From Eubacteriales bacterium (GTDB taxonomy: Bacteria; Bacillota; Clostridia; Oscillospirales; CAG-382): a stretch of 64,000 bases of DNA. Below the pieces are notes generated by a model. It worked only from the letters and a program-made list of their open reading frames with translations, ran no database searches and was not told the origin of the DNA. Position 1 is the stretch's first letter, and each line of letters starts with the position of its first letter. The stretch is from NCBI GenBank assembly GCA_045540015.1, contig JAZQGP010000049.1, positions 21,901 through 85,900 on the forward strand, in the 5' to 3' direction. Shown here in pieces: positions 18,157 to 28,644 of this stretch. A program made the position numbers and the translations under genes.

Positions 18157-19767
18157 ATGATGAAAAAATTTTCTAAGCTTATTGCAGTTATGCTTTTCGC
18201 GGCAATGCTCATGACTTGTGCTTGTCCCGCTTTCGCTGCAGTAATCGACATTGAAATTGATATCGGAAGTCTTTTCGAGCCGGAAACGGAGGAAAATCCG
18301 GATACACCAGGATCGTCAACTCCGCCCACAACCAACGACCAGACTTCAAAAGACGATGAGACCGTAAACATCCCCGGCGACAATACCGGTGGAAATTCAT
18401 CGGATAATAAAGATGAAAAAGAAGACGAAGAAAAAGAAGAAACAAATCTCTTCGTTACAAAATTCTCCGATGTTAAAGAAAACGATTGGTTCTACAGCTA
18501 TGTAACAGCGCTTGCTTCCAAGGGCATTATCACAGGATATCCTGACGGGACCTTTGCTCCCCAGGGCAATATTACAAGAGCTGAATTTATAAAGCTTCTT
18601 GTTGAGTGCATGGATTACGATCTTACCGAAAACGCTGTATTCGACGATGTTACTGCAAAAGATTGGTATTATACATACGTTTCAGCAGCAGCTGACAACA
18701 AGGTTCTTTCTGTTGAAGATTACGGCAAGGAATTCAAAGGCGACGAAAAGATAACAAGAGAAGAAGTAGCTGCTCTCATTATCAAGGCAACAGGCGTTGA
18801 AACCGGAAAGTATGCAACTCCTTACGCCGACACAGACGACAAGAACATTGTTGCTCTTTACACAATCTGCCTCATGCAGGGTTCGCTTGACGGAAAAGGC
18901 AACAGATACTTCTATCCCGAAAGCAACATTACAAGAGCCGAAGTAAGCGCAGTATTCACAAGACTTCTTGAATACAATGCAGACAAAGAAGCCTTCGTAA
19001 AAGAAAAGATGGCTGAATACGGAATAACAGAGTTAAAGCTTCTCTCAGTTCCGAAAACATCAGCTGACTATTATGAAACAGTAAAAAACGCCGGATTAAC
19101 TCCGGCGTTAACTTTTGTCATTGAGCTTAAAAATCCCAATCCCGAAAACACAGACGAGATATGCACAAACCTGACAGAAGCATTTGTGGCCTGTGCCAAC
19201 ACACATCCCGAGTATTTCACGCACCTTCTTTTAGATATAGTATATACTTCACACACCGAAGAAAACGGATTTCTTTTTTTCTCCTTCAAAAGCAGCTCCG
19301 AGGAATTTACATTGTCAGAGCTTGACAGAATGTACAAAGAAAGTAAAACCCACGCAAAACACGCCGCAGAGCAGATATATCTTAACAGCTATCATAAAGA
19401 TGCCTACTCGCTCGCAGGACGCGTTCATGACTACATAACAGCCTCCACTGTTTACAGCGACACGCTCTCCGACAGTGTTTATCTTGCATACGGGGTATTC
19501 GAAAAGAAAAACGCTGTTTGTCAAGGCTACAGTGCAGCCTTCAACATGATATGCCGTGAGCTTGGCATTGAAAGCGTGGCGGTCGCAAACGAAAACCACA
19601 TGTGGAACGTTATAAAATACAACGGAAAGCTTTATTTCTACGACAGCACATGGGACGATAGGGACAGCCAAAACTCCGCAGAAAGTACTTACAGAGGAAT
19701 TTCAAAAGAGAAACTCAATCAAACTCACGGTGAGTTTTCGCTGTGCGAATTTGCGTTTACCGATTAA
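18157..19767 (+). CDS. Secreted SLH-domain protein with a C-terminal transglutaminase-like cysteine protease domain
   Basis: 536 aa. It has a signal peptide, an acidic low-complexity linker, and SLH repeats (FSDVKENDWFYSYVTALASKGIITGYPDGTFAPQGNITRAEF; FDDVTAKDWYYTYV). The C-terminal CQGYSAAFNMICRELGI...NHMWNVIKYNGKLYFYDSTWDD fits a Cys-His-Asp transglutaminase-core pattern. Confidence 0.8.
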   Translation: MMKKFSKLIAVMLFAAMLMTCACPAFAAVIDIEIDIGSLFEPETEENPDTPGSSTPPTTNDQTSKDDETVNIPGDNTGGNSSDNKDEKEDEEKEETNLFVTKFSDVKENDWFYSYVTALASKGIITGYPDGTFAPQGNITRAEFIKLLVECMDYDLTENAVFDDVTAKDWYYTYVSAAADNKVLSVEDYGKEFKGDEKITREEVAALIIKATGVETGKYATPYADTDDKNIVALYTICLMQGSLDGKGNRYFYPESNITRAEVSAVFTRLLEYNADKEAFVKEKMAEYGITELKLLSVPKTSADYYETVKNAGLTPALTFVIELKNPNPENTDEICTNLTEAFVACANTHPEYFTHLLLDIVYTSHTEENGFLFFSFKSSSEEFTLSELDRMYKESKTHAKHAAEQIYLNSYHKDAYSLAGRVHDYITASTVYSDTLSDSVYLAYGVFEKKNAVCQGYSAAFNMICRELGIESVAVANENHMWNVIKYNGKLYFYDSTWDDRDSQNSAESTYRGISKEKLNQTHGEFSLCEFAFTD

Positions 19768-19866
19768 TACGCATTCAAACCCGTGTTGCTTGACATTTGA
19801 TGCAATTTATGGTATTTTATATTAGTAGAAAATGTATAGAAAATCGGAGATATAACATATACTGAC

Positions 19867-21018
19867 ATGAATAACGAAATATATTTAGACAACGCCGCAA
19901 CAACCCAAACAGACGAATCTGCCGCAAAGCTCGCGCTTGAAGTCATGTGTTCGTTTTACGGCAATCCATCCTCTGCACACGGCAAAGGACTGGAAGCCGA
20001 GCATCTCTTGAAAGACGCACGTCACAAGGTTGCCTCGGCTCTTGGGTACTCCGACAGAGACGGCTGTGTTTGCTTTACCTCGTGCGGTACAGAAGCTACA
20101 AACATGGCATTCTTCGGCACATACAAGCTGTTTTCAAAAAGGCTTGACAATATCATAATCTCGGATTCCGAGCACCCGTCGGTTGAAAACTGTGCGTGCG
20201 AGCTCGAAAAGCACGGTGTTACCGTACACCGCATACCGACAAAGGGCGGCTCTTTAGATCTTGAATATGCAAAAAGCGTCATGAACGACAAAACAATGCT
20301 TATTTCCTGCATGCTTGTCAACAATGAAACAGGCGCCGTGTATGACATAAAAGCACTCAAAAAACTGCGCGACATGTATGCAAAAAACGCATATCTCCAT
20401 GTTGATGCAGTTCAGGCTTTTACAAAACTGCCCTATAAAATGTCAGCAATAGGAGCAGATTTAATCAGCATCAGCGGGCACAAAATCCATGCACCGAAAG
20501 GTATAGGCGCATTATATATTGCAAAAGGCATAAGAACAAGTCCGCTTCTCTTTGGCGGCGGTCAGGAAAATTCGCTTCGTTCGGGAACGGAGTCGCTTCC
20601 TCTCATATGCGCTTTCGGCAAAGCTTGCGAAGAAGCAGTGACAAGTCAAAGTCAAAGGCTTTCTCACCTTGAAACGCTTAACAGATATGCAAGAGAAGCT
20701 CTTTCAAAAAAAGTGCCGGAAGCTGTCATAAACTCAAAAGACGGCTTTGCACCGCATATTCTGAGTATAAGCATCCCCGGAATCAGAAGCGAAATAATGC
20801 TGAGATTCCTCTCGGAAAAGGGCATTTACGTGTCTGCCGGCTCTGCCTGCTCGTCAAAGCACGCTAACAACAGAGTGCTCTCCGCCTTCGGACTTGACGA
20901 CAAAACCGCCGACAGCACGCTACGCATAAGCTTTTCAAAATACAACACCACAAACGAAATTGACACGCTTTGCACCGCCCTTTCGGAGGGCTGCAAAACT
21001 CTTATTCATACAGTTTGA
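19867..21018 (+). CDS. Cysteine desulfurase (NifS/IscS-like, class V aminotransferase)
   Basis: 383 aa with the PLP lysine motif ISISGHKIHAPKGIGALY and the catalytic Cys loop SAGSACSS. Confidence 0.9.
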   Translation: MNNEIYLDNAATTQTDESAAKLALEVMCSFYGNPSSAHGKGLEAEHLLKDARHKVASALGYSDRDGCVCFTSCGTEATNMAFFGTYKLFSKRLDNIIISDSEHPSVENCACELEKHGVTVHRIPTKGGSLDLEYAKSVMNDKTMLISCMLVNNETGAVYDIKALKKLRDMYAKNAYLHVDAVQAFTKLPYKMSAIGADLISISGHKIHAPKGIGALYIAKGIRTSPLLFGGGQENSLRSGTESLPLICAFGKACEEAVTSQSQRLSHLETLNRYAREALSKKVPEAVINSKDGFAPHILSISIPGIRSEIMLRFLSEKGIYVSAGSACSSKHANNRVLSAFGLDDKTADSTLRISFSKYNTTNEIDTLCTALSEGCKTLIHTV

Positions 21019-21041
21019 TAAATCAGAAAGGTTGATTTGAT

Positions 21042-22580
21042 TTGATAATACGCGATATAGAAAGAGTTCTTGAAGAGGAGCTTTCTTCAAAGGAGCTGAC
21101 AGCAAGTGCAAATCCGAAAAGCACAGACAGTGACTGCTCATGCCTTTGCGACAAAGTCATAACAGGCGTATCCTTCGATTCGAGAACCGTTGAAGAAGGA
21201 CACATCTTTGTTGCAATTGTAGGGCTTAAAAGCGACGGACACGCATACATTCCCTCTGCAATAGAAAAGGGCGCTGCGGCAATTGTCTGCGAGGATGTAA
21301 AGCAGTATTCGCTTTATAAGGCGCAGTATCCGGACGTTTATTTCTGCCTTGTTAAAAACGCAAGAATTGCTCTCGCTCTTGTTTCCTGCGAGTTTTACGA
21401 AAACTGCACAAAAGACCTCTGCCTTATCGGAATTACAGGCACAAAGGGTAAGACAAGCACATCGTTTATGATTGCAAGAATACTCCGTGAAAGCGGCAAA
21501 AAGGTTGGTATTATCGGAACAACAGGTGCTTACTGCGACGGCTTTTACGAGGAAATGGAGCATTCCACTCCCGAAAGCCGCGACCTGTACAGACTTTTTT
21601 ATGAAATGAAAAAACGAGGAACAACTCACATTGTAATGGAGGTGTCCTCGCAAGCTATTCTTATGAACAGAGTTTACGGCATGCATTTTGATACGGCAAT
21701 TTTTACAAACATCACGCCCGACCACATAGGCGAAGGAGAGCACCGCGACTTTGACGACTACCTTTACTGCAAGGGCAAGCTCTTTTCCATGTGTACAAAC
21801 GCCGCAGTCAACACCGACAGCGACAAGGCGGGATATATACTCGACATCTGCCGTTCAAACGGCGTAAACATATATACCTTTGCCCTCTCGGACGAAAACG
21901 CAGACTTTGTTGCAAAAAATGAGCAGTTCTTTATAAAAGACGGCATGAGAACAAAATACGAGCTTTGTACAAAGGACGGAAAATGCGACGAAATCGAGGT
22001 TAGCGTTCCCGGAAAGTTCTCGGTATTCAATTCTCTCTGTGCCTGTACGGTAGGCGCAATCTACGGCACAAGCATATCCGAAATGCAAAAAGCATTATGC
22101 GATGTTAAGGTAATCGGAAGAATAGAGCCTGTACCCAATGAATACTGCAAGGCTCCCGTGATTATAGACTATGCCCACAATGCAGTGAGCCTTGAGAGCC
22201 TGTTTACGGCTGTCGGAGCATATTCGCCCAAACGCATGATTTGCGTTTTCGGATGCGGCGGCAACCGCTCAAAGCTAAGACGCTACGAAATGGGAGAAAT
22301 CAGCGGAAAATACGCAGATTTATCGGTTATCACAACCGACAACTCGCGTTTTGAGGAGCTTGACGATATAATATCCGATATTCTTGTGGGAATGGGCAAA
22401 ACAGACGGAAAATACGTTATCATAAAAGACAGACTTGAAGCTATTCATTATGCAATGAGAATTGCAGAGGAAGGCGACGTTATTCTGCTTGCAGGAAAAG
22501 GACAGGAAACGTATCTTGACATTAAGGGCGTAAAAACGCACTTTGATGAACGCGAAGCGGTTGCGGCGTTCAACGGATAA
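21042..22580 (+). CDS. murE: UDP-N-acetylmuramoyl-L-alanyl-D-glutamate--2,6-diaminopimelate ligase (MurE)
   Basis: 512 aa with a TTG start. It has the Mur ligase P-loop GITGTKGKTSTSFM. The C-terminal TTDNSRFEE is a variant of the DNPR motif that retains the Arg. The amino-acid specificity is inferred only. Confidence 0.88.
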   Translation: MIIRDIERVLEEELSSKELTASANPKSTDSDCSCLCDKVITGVSFDSRTVEEGHIFVAIVGLKSDGHAYIPSAIEKGAAAIVCEDVKQYSLYKAQYPDVYFCLVKNARIALALVSCEFYENCTKDLCLIGITGTKGKTSTSFMIARILRESGKKVGIIGTTGAYCDGFYEEMEHSTPESRDLYRLFYEMKKRGTTHIVMEVSSQAILMNRVYGMHFDTAIFTNITPDHIGEGEHRDFDDYLYCKGKLFSMCTNAAVNTDSDKAGYILDICRSNGVNIYTFALSDENADFVAKNEQFFIKDGMRTKYELCTKDGKCDEIEVSVPGKFSVFNSLCACTVGAIYGTSISEMQKALCDVKVIGRIEPVPNEYCKAPVIIDYAHNAVSLESLFTAVGAYSPKRMICVFGCGGNRSKLRRYEMGEISGKYADLSVITTDNSRFEELDDIISDILVGMGKTDGKYVIIKDRLEAIHYAMRIAEEGDVILLAGKGQETYLDIKGVKTHFDEREAVAAFNG

Positions 22581-22626
22581 AAAATCATTGAAAGTTTTTG
22601 CATGGCTTTTACTTTTACAAACCAAA

Positions 22627-22661
22627 GGGTTACAGCAAATCTAAGCTGTAACCCAATTTTT
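22627..22661 (+). terminator. Terminator between convergent murE and the DUF1273 gene
   Basis: GGGTTACAGC - 8 nt - GCTGTAACCC, followed by AATTTTT. Confidence 0.6.
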
Positions 22662-23232
22662 ATTCTTTTATATCCGTTTCATTATCGGAATAGAGATTTA
22701 TTATCTCCCTGTCACAACGCTTAGCATAGTCAACAGTATAAGCCGTTCCGCTGCGTTTGTTGTTTTTCATATAGCACACGCAGTAATCCGAGTTGTCAAC
22801 AAGTGCTCTGTTTCTCTTATACAAAAGCTGTGTTGCCTTTTCACGTGACGTCGGAAGCTTTTCCGAAACATTAACCTCATCAGCATTCTCGCGGATAAAG
22901 GCATATATGCGCTTATCCGAATCGCTCCATTTTTCGTCCTGACCTTCATACGGCAAGTCTAAAATCAGCTTAATTCTGTCGTCGCTTCTTTTAAGGTCAA
23001 TAACCATAGTCGCCGCAATTGTATCAAAGCCAAGTGCACCACCTGCACGAAAGTTTACAACGCCCTTTGATACAAGATACAGAATTGTGCTGCGAAGTCT
23101 GTAAAGAGTAGCCCTTCTCTCTTTTGCACTCATTCTTCTATGTCCCGTAAAACAACAGCTACACGCACGTACATCCTCAGGCACTAAGAGCCAATCCTCA
23201 TCACAATAATCATCTGTTAGTTCATCGTACAA
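22660..23232 (-). CDS. DUF1273/YpsA-like SLOG-fold protein
   Basis: 190 aa. CCFTGHRRMS...LVSKGVVNFRAGGALGFDTIAATMVIDLK matches the pattern of the YpsA/DUF1273 family. Confidence 0.75.
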   Translation of the reverse strand: MYDELTDDYCDEDWLLVPEDVRACSCCFTGHRRMSAKERRATLYRLRSTILYLVSKGVVNFRAGGALGFDTIAATMVIDLKRSDDRIKLILDLPYEGQDEKWSDSDKRIYAFIRENADEVNVSEKLPTSREKATQLLYKRNRALVDNSDYCVCYMKNNKRSGTAYTVDYAKRCDREIINLYSDNETDIKE

Positions 23233-23250
23233 GTTTTTTCCTCCACTCTG

Positions 23251-25035
23251 TTATTCAAACTGCGAGTTGTAAATACTGCAATATACGCCGCCTTTTGCAA
23301 GCAGCTCCTTATGCGTTCCGCTTTCAACTATTTCACCGTTATTCACAACCAAAATAACATCCGCATTCTTTACCGTTGAAAGCCTGTGTGCAATGATAAA
23401 GCAGGTTTTGTTCTGCATAAGACGTGTCATGGCTTCGGATATGCGTATCTCGGTTCTGGAGTCAACGTTTGACGTTGCTTCGTCCAGTATAAGCATGCTT
23501 GAATCATTTAGCATTGCACGGGCAATTGTGATAAGCTGCTTTTGTCCCTTTGAAACACTGCTTCCGTCGTCATTAAGCACCGTGTCATAGCCATGCTCAA
23601 GGTTTTCTATAAACTCGCAAATCCCTGCCTGCTTTGCAGCTCTTTTTACGTCCTCTAAGGTAGCTCCCTCTCTGCCGTAAGCTATGTTCTCGGCAACAGT
23701 GCCGCTGAAGAGCCATGTGTCCTGAAGCACCATTGTATAGTTTCTGCGAAGACTGCTTCTTGTCAGCGTTAGCATATCCTTTCCGTCAACCAGAATTCTT
23801 CCGCTGTCAGGGTCGTAAAAACGCATAAGAAGGTTTATAATCGTGGTTTTGCCTGCACCCGTAGGTCCGACAACAGCAACCACAGTTCCCTTTTTCGCAT
23901 CAAGATTCAGATTCTTTATTATCTGTCTTGTTTTGTCATATCCGAAAGACAAATTCTCAATTTTAACATTTCCTTCGGCACACACAAGCTCTGCTGCATC
24001 CTCTGCATCCGGCGTTTCACTATGCTCGTCAAGCAAATCAAACATTCTGTCTGCAGCGGCAAAAGCCGACTGAAGCTCGCTTATAATGTTGGCAAGCTCG
24101 TTTATCGGACCTGAAAACTTTCGCGAATACAGCAGGAATGAAGAAATGTTTCCGAGCGAAATAATTCCTATGGTAAACGGCCCTATATCCCTTCCTCCGA
24201 AAAGATATATGAGAACACCCAGCACACTTACAAGCGCCATTGAAATGTTGTTTATAAAGTTAACACACGGTCCTACCATGCAGGCATGGTAATCTGCCGC
24301 ATAATATGCATCAACTGCATTTTTGTTGTATTCGTCAAAGCGACTGAGCGTGCTTTCTTCGCTTCCGTATGCCTTGACAGAACGCAGTCCCGACATCATT
24401 TCCTCGGCATATCCGTTAAGCTCACCGAGAGCTGCCGAGCGCTTTTTGAACAGCGGCTGAACCTTCTTTGTTTTATACTTTGTAAACCATATTGTAATAG
24501 GTACGGTAACAACGAACACCGACAGAAGCGGCGGACTTATCGTACACATCATGATAAACGAACCGACAACGGTTATCGCGCTTGCGCCTATCTGCAAAAC
24601 ATCATTTGAAAGAGAAGCGTTTATCGTATCAATATCATATGAAATACGGCTGACAATATCTCCCGTCTGGGTTCTGTCATAGAACGACACGGGAAGCGAC
24701 AGAAGATGCTCAAACACATCCCGTCGCATATCGTACATAACCTTCTTTGATACAAAAGTCATTATTAAAGTAAGAAGATACGACAGCACGGCACTAACTG
24801 CATACACTGCCACCATCAGCACACAGCAGCGTACAACCGTTTCAAAATCAACACCGTCCTCAAGGCTTATCGCGTCAATGGCATTACCCGAAAGCTTCGG
24901 TCCTGCAAGTGACAGCACGTTCGACGAAATCATCAGAAGAAACGCAATGCACAGCATTGGAGCATGTCTTAACAGATATTTTGACAAGCGTGCAAGAATG
25001 TACTTTTTCGAATGCTTTATTCTCTGCTTTTTCAT
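23251..25035 (-). CDS. ABC exporter, fused permease/ATP-binding subunit (heterodimer partner B)
   Basis: 594 aa. It has an N-terminal 6-TM domain, Walker A GPTGAGKTT, signature VSKGQKQ and Walker B MLILDEATS. It overlaps the upstream partner by 4 nt. Confidence 0.9.
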   Translation of the reverse strand: MKKQRIKHSKKYILARLSKYLLRHAPMLCIAFLLMISSNVLSLAGPKLSGNAIDAISLEDGVDFETVVRCCVLMVAVYAVSAVLSYLLTLIMTFVSKKVMYDMRRDVFEHLLSLPVSFYDRTQTGDIVSRISYDIDTINASLSNDVLQIGASAITVVGSFIMMCTISPPLLSVFVVTVPITIWFTKYKTKKVQPLFKKRSAALGELNGYAEEMMSGLRSVKAYGSEESTLSRFDEYNKNAVDAYYAADYHACMVGPCVNFINNISMALVSVLGVLIYLFGGRDIGPFTIGIISLGNISSFLLYSRKFSGPINELANIISELQSAFAAADRMFDLLDEHSETPDAEDAAELVCAEGNVKIENLSFGYDKTRQIIKNLNLDAKKGTVVAVVGPTGAGKTTIINLLMRFYDPDSGRILVDGKDMLTLTRSSLRRNYTMVLQDTWLFSGTVAENIAYGREGATLEDVKRAAKQAGICEFIENLEHGYDTVLNDDGSSVSKGQKQLITIARAMLNDSSMLILDEATSNVDSRTEIRISEAMTRLMQNKTCFIIAHRLSTVKNADVILVVNNGEIVESGTHKELLAKGGVYCSIYNSQFE

Positions 25036-26789
25036 ACTGCCGTCACCTCACTTCCCATCTGAGATTCGGCAATTTCACGGTAAACGTCGCAAGAAGAAAG
25101 AAGCTCCGAGTGCGTTCCTTTCCCGATTACGCTTCCGTTTTCAAGCACGAGTATAAGGTCGGCATCCTTAACCGAGCTTACACGCTGGGCAACCGTCACA
25201 AGCGTTGTTTTTCCGCGGTAGTTTTCCTTGACTGCAGCTCTTAAAAGTGCGTCCGTCTTATAGTCAAGTGCGCTCGAGGAATCGTCAAGAATAAGTATTT
25301 CAGGCTCCAGTGCAAGAGCACGGGCAATAAGCAGACGCTGTCTCTGTCCGCCGGACACGTTTGTACCCTTTGACGTGAGAACATGCTCTGTTTTATCGTC
25401 CAGTGCATCTACAAATTCAAAGCCCTGTGCACTTTTAAGTGCCTTTTCTATCTGGGCATCCGAAACCTCGCGTCCGAACTTTATGTTGTCGCTTATGCTT
25501 CCTTCGAAGATAAAGTCGTTCTGCAAAACAACTCCGAACTTTTTACGAAGGTTCTTTCTCGTATATTCGCAAAGAGGCTTTCCGTCTATGTAAACACAGC
25601 CGTACTCGGGGTCGTAAAACCGCATGAGAAGCGATATAAGCGTTGACTTTCCGCTTCCGGTTGAGCCTATAATTCCAAGCGTCTGACCTTTTTTGAGAGA
25701 AAAATCAATATTCTTGAGTACAGGCTTGTTTTTGATATAGGAAAAAGTGACATTTTCAAAACGTATTTTTTCGTCGTAATCGGGAATGTCCTTGTCATTT
25801 TCCTCCGACATAAGCTCTTTTTCTTTTTCAAAAAGCTTGTCTATGCCGTCCTGTGTATCCACAACCTCGCTTATTCTGTTTGCGCTTGCAACACCGCGTG
25901 AGGTCATCATAAACACACGCGTAACAGACAGCATTGCGTTTGATATCATGGTAAAATACGTCATGAATGCAATAATCTTGCCGGCTTCGGTAAGTCCTGC
26001 ATCTACCCTGTATGCGCCCGCAAGCAAAACCGCACACAAGCCAAGATTCAAAAGCAGCATAATAACAGGATTTGAGATGCCCATAATAAGGCTCGCATTC
26101 CTGTCACGTCTTGCCGTTTCCCTATTTACTGATGAAAATCTGTCACGCTCATACTCCGTTTTTGAAAGTGCTTTTATAACTCGAATGCCAAGAGCATTTT
26201 CTCTTACAACACGCACAAGAGAGTCAACCGAGTCCTGGAGCGAATGATACAGCTTAACACCGCGTCCCGAAACAAAATAAACCACAAAGCTGATAAACGG
26301 AAGCGTGCAGACAAGAACAAGCGTAAGATACGTATCAAGAAACAGAGTAACCCCAATACCGCCTACAAGCAAAATCGGAGCTCTTACGCCGATTCTCTGG
26401 ACACGGGCAATAAAGTTGTGAAGATTATATGTATCTGATGTGAGCCTTGCCTCAAGTGAAGCTATGGTCAGCTCATCCGACTTTCTGCAGGAAAGCTGCT
26501 GAGTACGCTCAAACAGGTCATGACGTATTTTCTCGCACGAATCACGTGCAACCTTCGATGCCATTCGGTTTGCCTTTACGTTAAACGCAAACGCCATCAC
26601 TGCAAACAGCAGCATAAGCAGTCCGAAAAGTACAATGTGCTTTATGCTTCTTGTAGGTGCAACAACGTCTATAAGGTGTGCAAGTATCATCGGCAAAACA
26701 AGGTCTGCAACCGTGCCGATAAATTTTATCAGCAGTCCGCAGATAATCGCAAAGCTGTAAGGCTTTATATATCTGTATATGAATTTCAC
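25032..26789 (-). CDS. ABC exporter, fused permease/ATP-binding subunit (heterodimer partner A)
   Basis: 585 aa. It has an N-terminal TM domain, Walker A GSTGSGKST, signature VSGGQRQR and Walker B ILILDDSSS. Confidence 0.9.
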   Translation of the reverse strand: MKFIYRYIKPYSFAIICGLLIKFIGTVADLVLPMILAHLIDVVAPTRSIKHIVLFGLLMLLFAVMAFAFNVKANRMASKVARDSCEKIRHDLFERTQQLSCRKSDELTIASLEARLTSDTYNLHNFIARVQRIGVRAPILLVGGIGVTLFLDTYLTLVLVCTLPFISFVVYFVSGRGVKLYHSLQDSVDSLVRVVRENALGIRVIKALSKTEYERDRFSSVNRETARRDRNASLIMGISNPVIMLLLNLGLCAVLLAGAYRVDAGLTEAGKIIAFMTYFTMISNAMLSVTRVFMMTSRGVASANRISEVVDTQDGIDKLFEKEKELMSEENDKDIPDYDEKIRFENVTFSYIKNKPVLKNIDFSLKKGQTLGIIGSTGSGKSTLISLLMRFYDPEYGCVYIDGKPLCEYTRKNLRKKFGVVLQNDFIFEGSISDNIKFGREVSDAQIEKALKSAQGFEFVDALDDKTEHVLTSKGTNVSGGQRQRLLIARALALEPEILILDDSSSALDYKTDALLRAAVKENYRGKTTLVTVAQRVSSVKDADLILVLENGSVIGKGTHSELLSSCDVYREIAESQMGSEVTAV

Positions 26790-26883
26790 GTCTGCACCTC
26801 CGTCTTGCTCAAATCCACCTTATTATTCTACCACAAAATGAAAAAAAGTCAAGCAAATACGTAGGCGCTTGTCACAAATATCG

Positions 26884-26912
26884 TTGACACCTTCGCTTAA
26901 ATATGATATGAT
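26884..26912 (+). promoter_or_regulatory. Sigma-A type promoter
   Basis: TTGACA (26884-26889), a 17-nt spacer, TATGAT (26907-26912). It lies 30 nt upstream of the ATG at 26943, which has AAGGAG as its RBS. Confidence 0.5.
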
Positions 26913-26942
26913 ATTTCTGCAAAGAAATTTAAGGAGAAAACA

Positions 26943-27656
26943 ATGAGCCTTACTTTTTCGCCTGTTCTTAAAACAGGACTCTCACTTGTACCGGGAGAAA
27001 CGCATGAACTTGAATTCAGATTTGAAAACTCCTCGGAATATGACAAAAATCTATATTGCACGCTTCGCTCGCCCGAAGGACTTCTGTTATCAAGAAATCA
27101 TTTTGATGTTCTTGTCCCGGCAGAGGGAATAAGCATTGAAACCTTGAAAATCACGATTCCAAAGGATTTACGTGTGTTTTATTCAAGCAATTTTTTTGTT
27201 CTTGAAACTACCGATGCCGTTTTGGAGGAGGACAAAAATTTTGCATTCTTTTTAAGCTGTGCCCTGCCTTGGAAATGGAGCATTGAAAAAGAAGATAAAA
27301 GTCTTTCATCAAACGGAACGGCATATCTCGGAACGGCTCACGTATGCAAAGCCGATATTCCGTTGCAAAACGAAAACGGAACTCTCAGCCTTTTCTCGCA
27401 GCTTATCTGCGCCTTGGACGACAGCACAGACATTCGGATTAATTCTCAAAACGACTGTACGGTTTATCTCGACGGAAAAAGCATAAGCTGTGCAGCAAAA
27501 GAACATCACATTTCGCTTTCACTCCACAGCGGAGTAAACAGCCTGTGCATAAAAACGGATTCCTTGGAATGTGCAGTTTCTGCCGAGTTTGTTCAAACCA
27601 CGGATTATGTTGCCTCATGCATCAACCCCGATTATTTCATAGACACTTCAAAATGA
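26943..27656 (+). CDS. Hypothetical protein, Cys-rich, no signal peptide
   Basis: 237-aa ORF with a good RBS. The N-terminal ~90 aa look like an Ig-like beta-sandwich (LVPGETHELEFRFENSS...ETLKITIPKD). I recognise no family. Confidence 0.6.
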   Translation: MSLTFSPVLKTGLSLVPGETHELEFRFENSSEYDKNLYCTLRSPEGLLLSRNHFDVLVPAEGISIETLKITIPKDLRVFYSSNFFVLETTDAVLEEDKNFAFFLSCALPWKWSIEKEDKSLSSNGTAYLGTAHVCKADIPLQNENGTLSLFSQLICALDDSTDIRINSQNDCTVYLDGKSISCAAKEHHISLSLHSGVNSLCIKTDSLECAVSAEFVQTTDYVASCINPDYFIDTSK

Positions 27657-27669
27657 AAGGATATATAAA

Positions 27670-28536
27670 ATGAAAAATGTTATTAAACAGCTCTCTGCCG
27701 TAATACTCTGCGCCATGCTTTCGGCAAACGTTACTGCTGCTCCCGTGAACAGCTATGATTTCCCGCAGGACCACGATGAATTTGAAGGCATAACCGATGG
27801 TTTTAAAATAAAAGACGGTTTTCACAACTGCATATACAAAGGAAAGCTATCAACCATCTGCACGTTCGGTCTTCCCGTTACGTACATTTCTCCCGAGCTT
27901 GAAAATGTTACCGCAACCCATCTTACGTTTTCATTGAAAAGCCAGTTCGCACAGCCGACTTCTACCCTTGAAGTAAAAATCAAGACCTCAGACGGCGACC
28001 AAAATTTCAGTCTGCCTCTTGCCGACACAAATGCTCACGTATACACCGTAAAGTTTGACGAAGTTGTTGTTACCGGCTACGAGATTTTCGTAAACGCCGT
28101 TCCCGAAAGCGGCGACATGTACGGCATCGACCTTGAATTTGCATACCTTTTCAATTCCGAAAAGCTTATTCACTTTTCAATCGGAGAACAATTCGGCATG
28201 GTCGACTCTGAGAAAAAAGCTCTTGATGCTCCGGCATTTATTGCAGAAAACAGAACTCTCACTCCTGCTCGTTTTGTAGCCGAAAGCCTTGGTGCAGAGG
28301 TTGCCTGGGACAACACCGAAAGAAAAGTTACCGTTACAAAGGGCGATACAGAAATTATAATGTACATAGACAACGCCACAGCATACATAAACGGCACTAC
28401 CGTCACTCTTGACAGCGCACCCATTATACGCGACAGCAGAACCTATACCCCTGCCCGATTTGTTGCAGAAGCACTCGGTGCACAAGTGCTTTGGGATGAC
28501 TATTCAAAAACAGTTATTATTGAAGACAGGAAATAA
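27670..28536 (+). CDS. Secreted protein with tandem copper-amine-oxidase N-terminal-like (stalk) repeats
   Basis: 288 aa with a signal peptide. The C-terminus carries two repeats, RTLTPARFVAESLGAEVAWDNTERKVTV and RTYTPARFVAEALGAQVLWDDYSKTVII, typical of the Cu_amine_oxidN1 domain. Confidence 0.8.
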   Translation: MKNVIKQLSAVILCAMLSANVTAAPVNSYDFPQDHDEFEGITDGFKIKDGFHNCIYKGKLSTICTFGLPVTYISPELENVTATHLTFSLKSQFAQPTSTLEVKIKTSDGDQNFSLPLADTNAHVYTVKFDEVVVTGYEIFVNAVPESGDMYGIDLEFAYLFNSEKLIHFSIGEQFGMVDSEKKALDAPAFIAENRTLTPARFVAESLGAEVAWDNTERKVTVTKGDTEIIMYIDNATAYINGTTVTLDSAPIIRDSRTYTPARFVAEALGAQVLWDDYSKTVIIEDRK

Positions 28537-28559
28537 CAGCATTACAGCATATACAACAC

Positions 28560-28592
28560 GACCGTCGGACTTTTCATGCCGACGGTCTTTTT
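28560..28592 (+). terminator. Rho-independent terminator (plus-strand gene)
   Basis: GACCGTCGG - 10 nt - CCGACGGTC, followed by TTTTT. Confidence 0.7.
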
Positions 28593-28596
28593 GTCA

Positions 28597-28629
28597 TAAA
28601 AAGAGGACTGCCCTTTAAGGCAGTCCTCT
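28597..28629 (-). terminator. Rho-independent terminator (minus-strand cohesin gene)
   Basis: On the reverse strand: AGAGGACTGCC - 6 nt - GGCAGTCCTCT, followed by TTTTTAT. Confidence 0.7.
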
Positions 28630-28644
28630 GAGTTTAAACTATAA

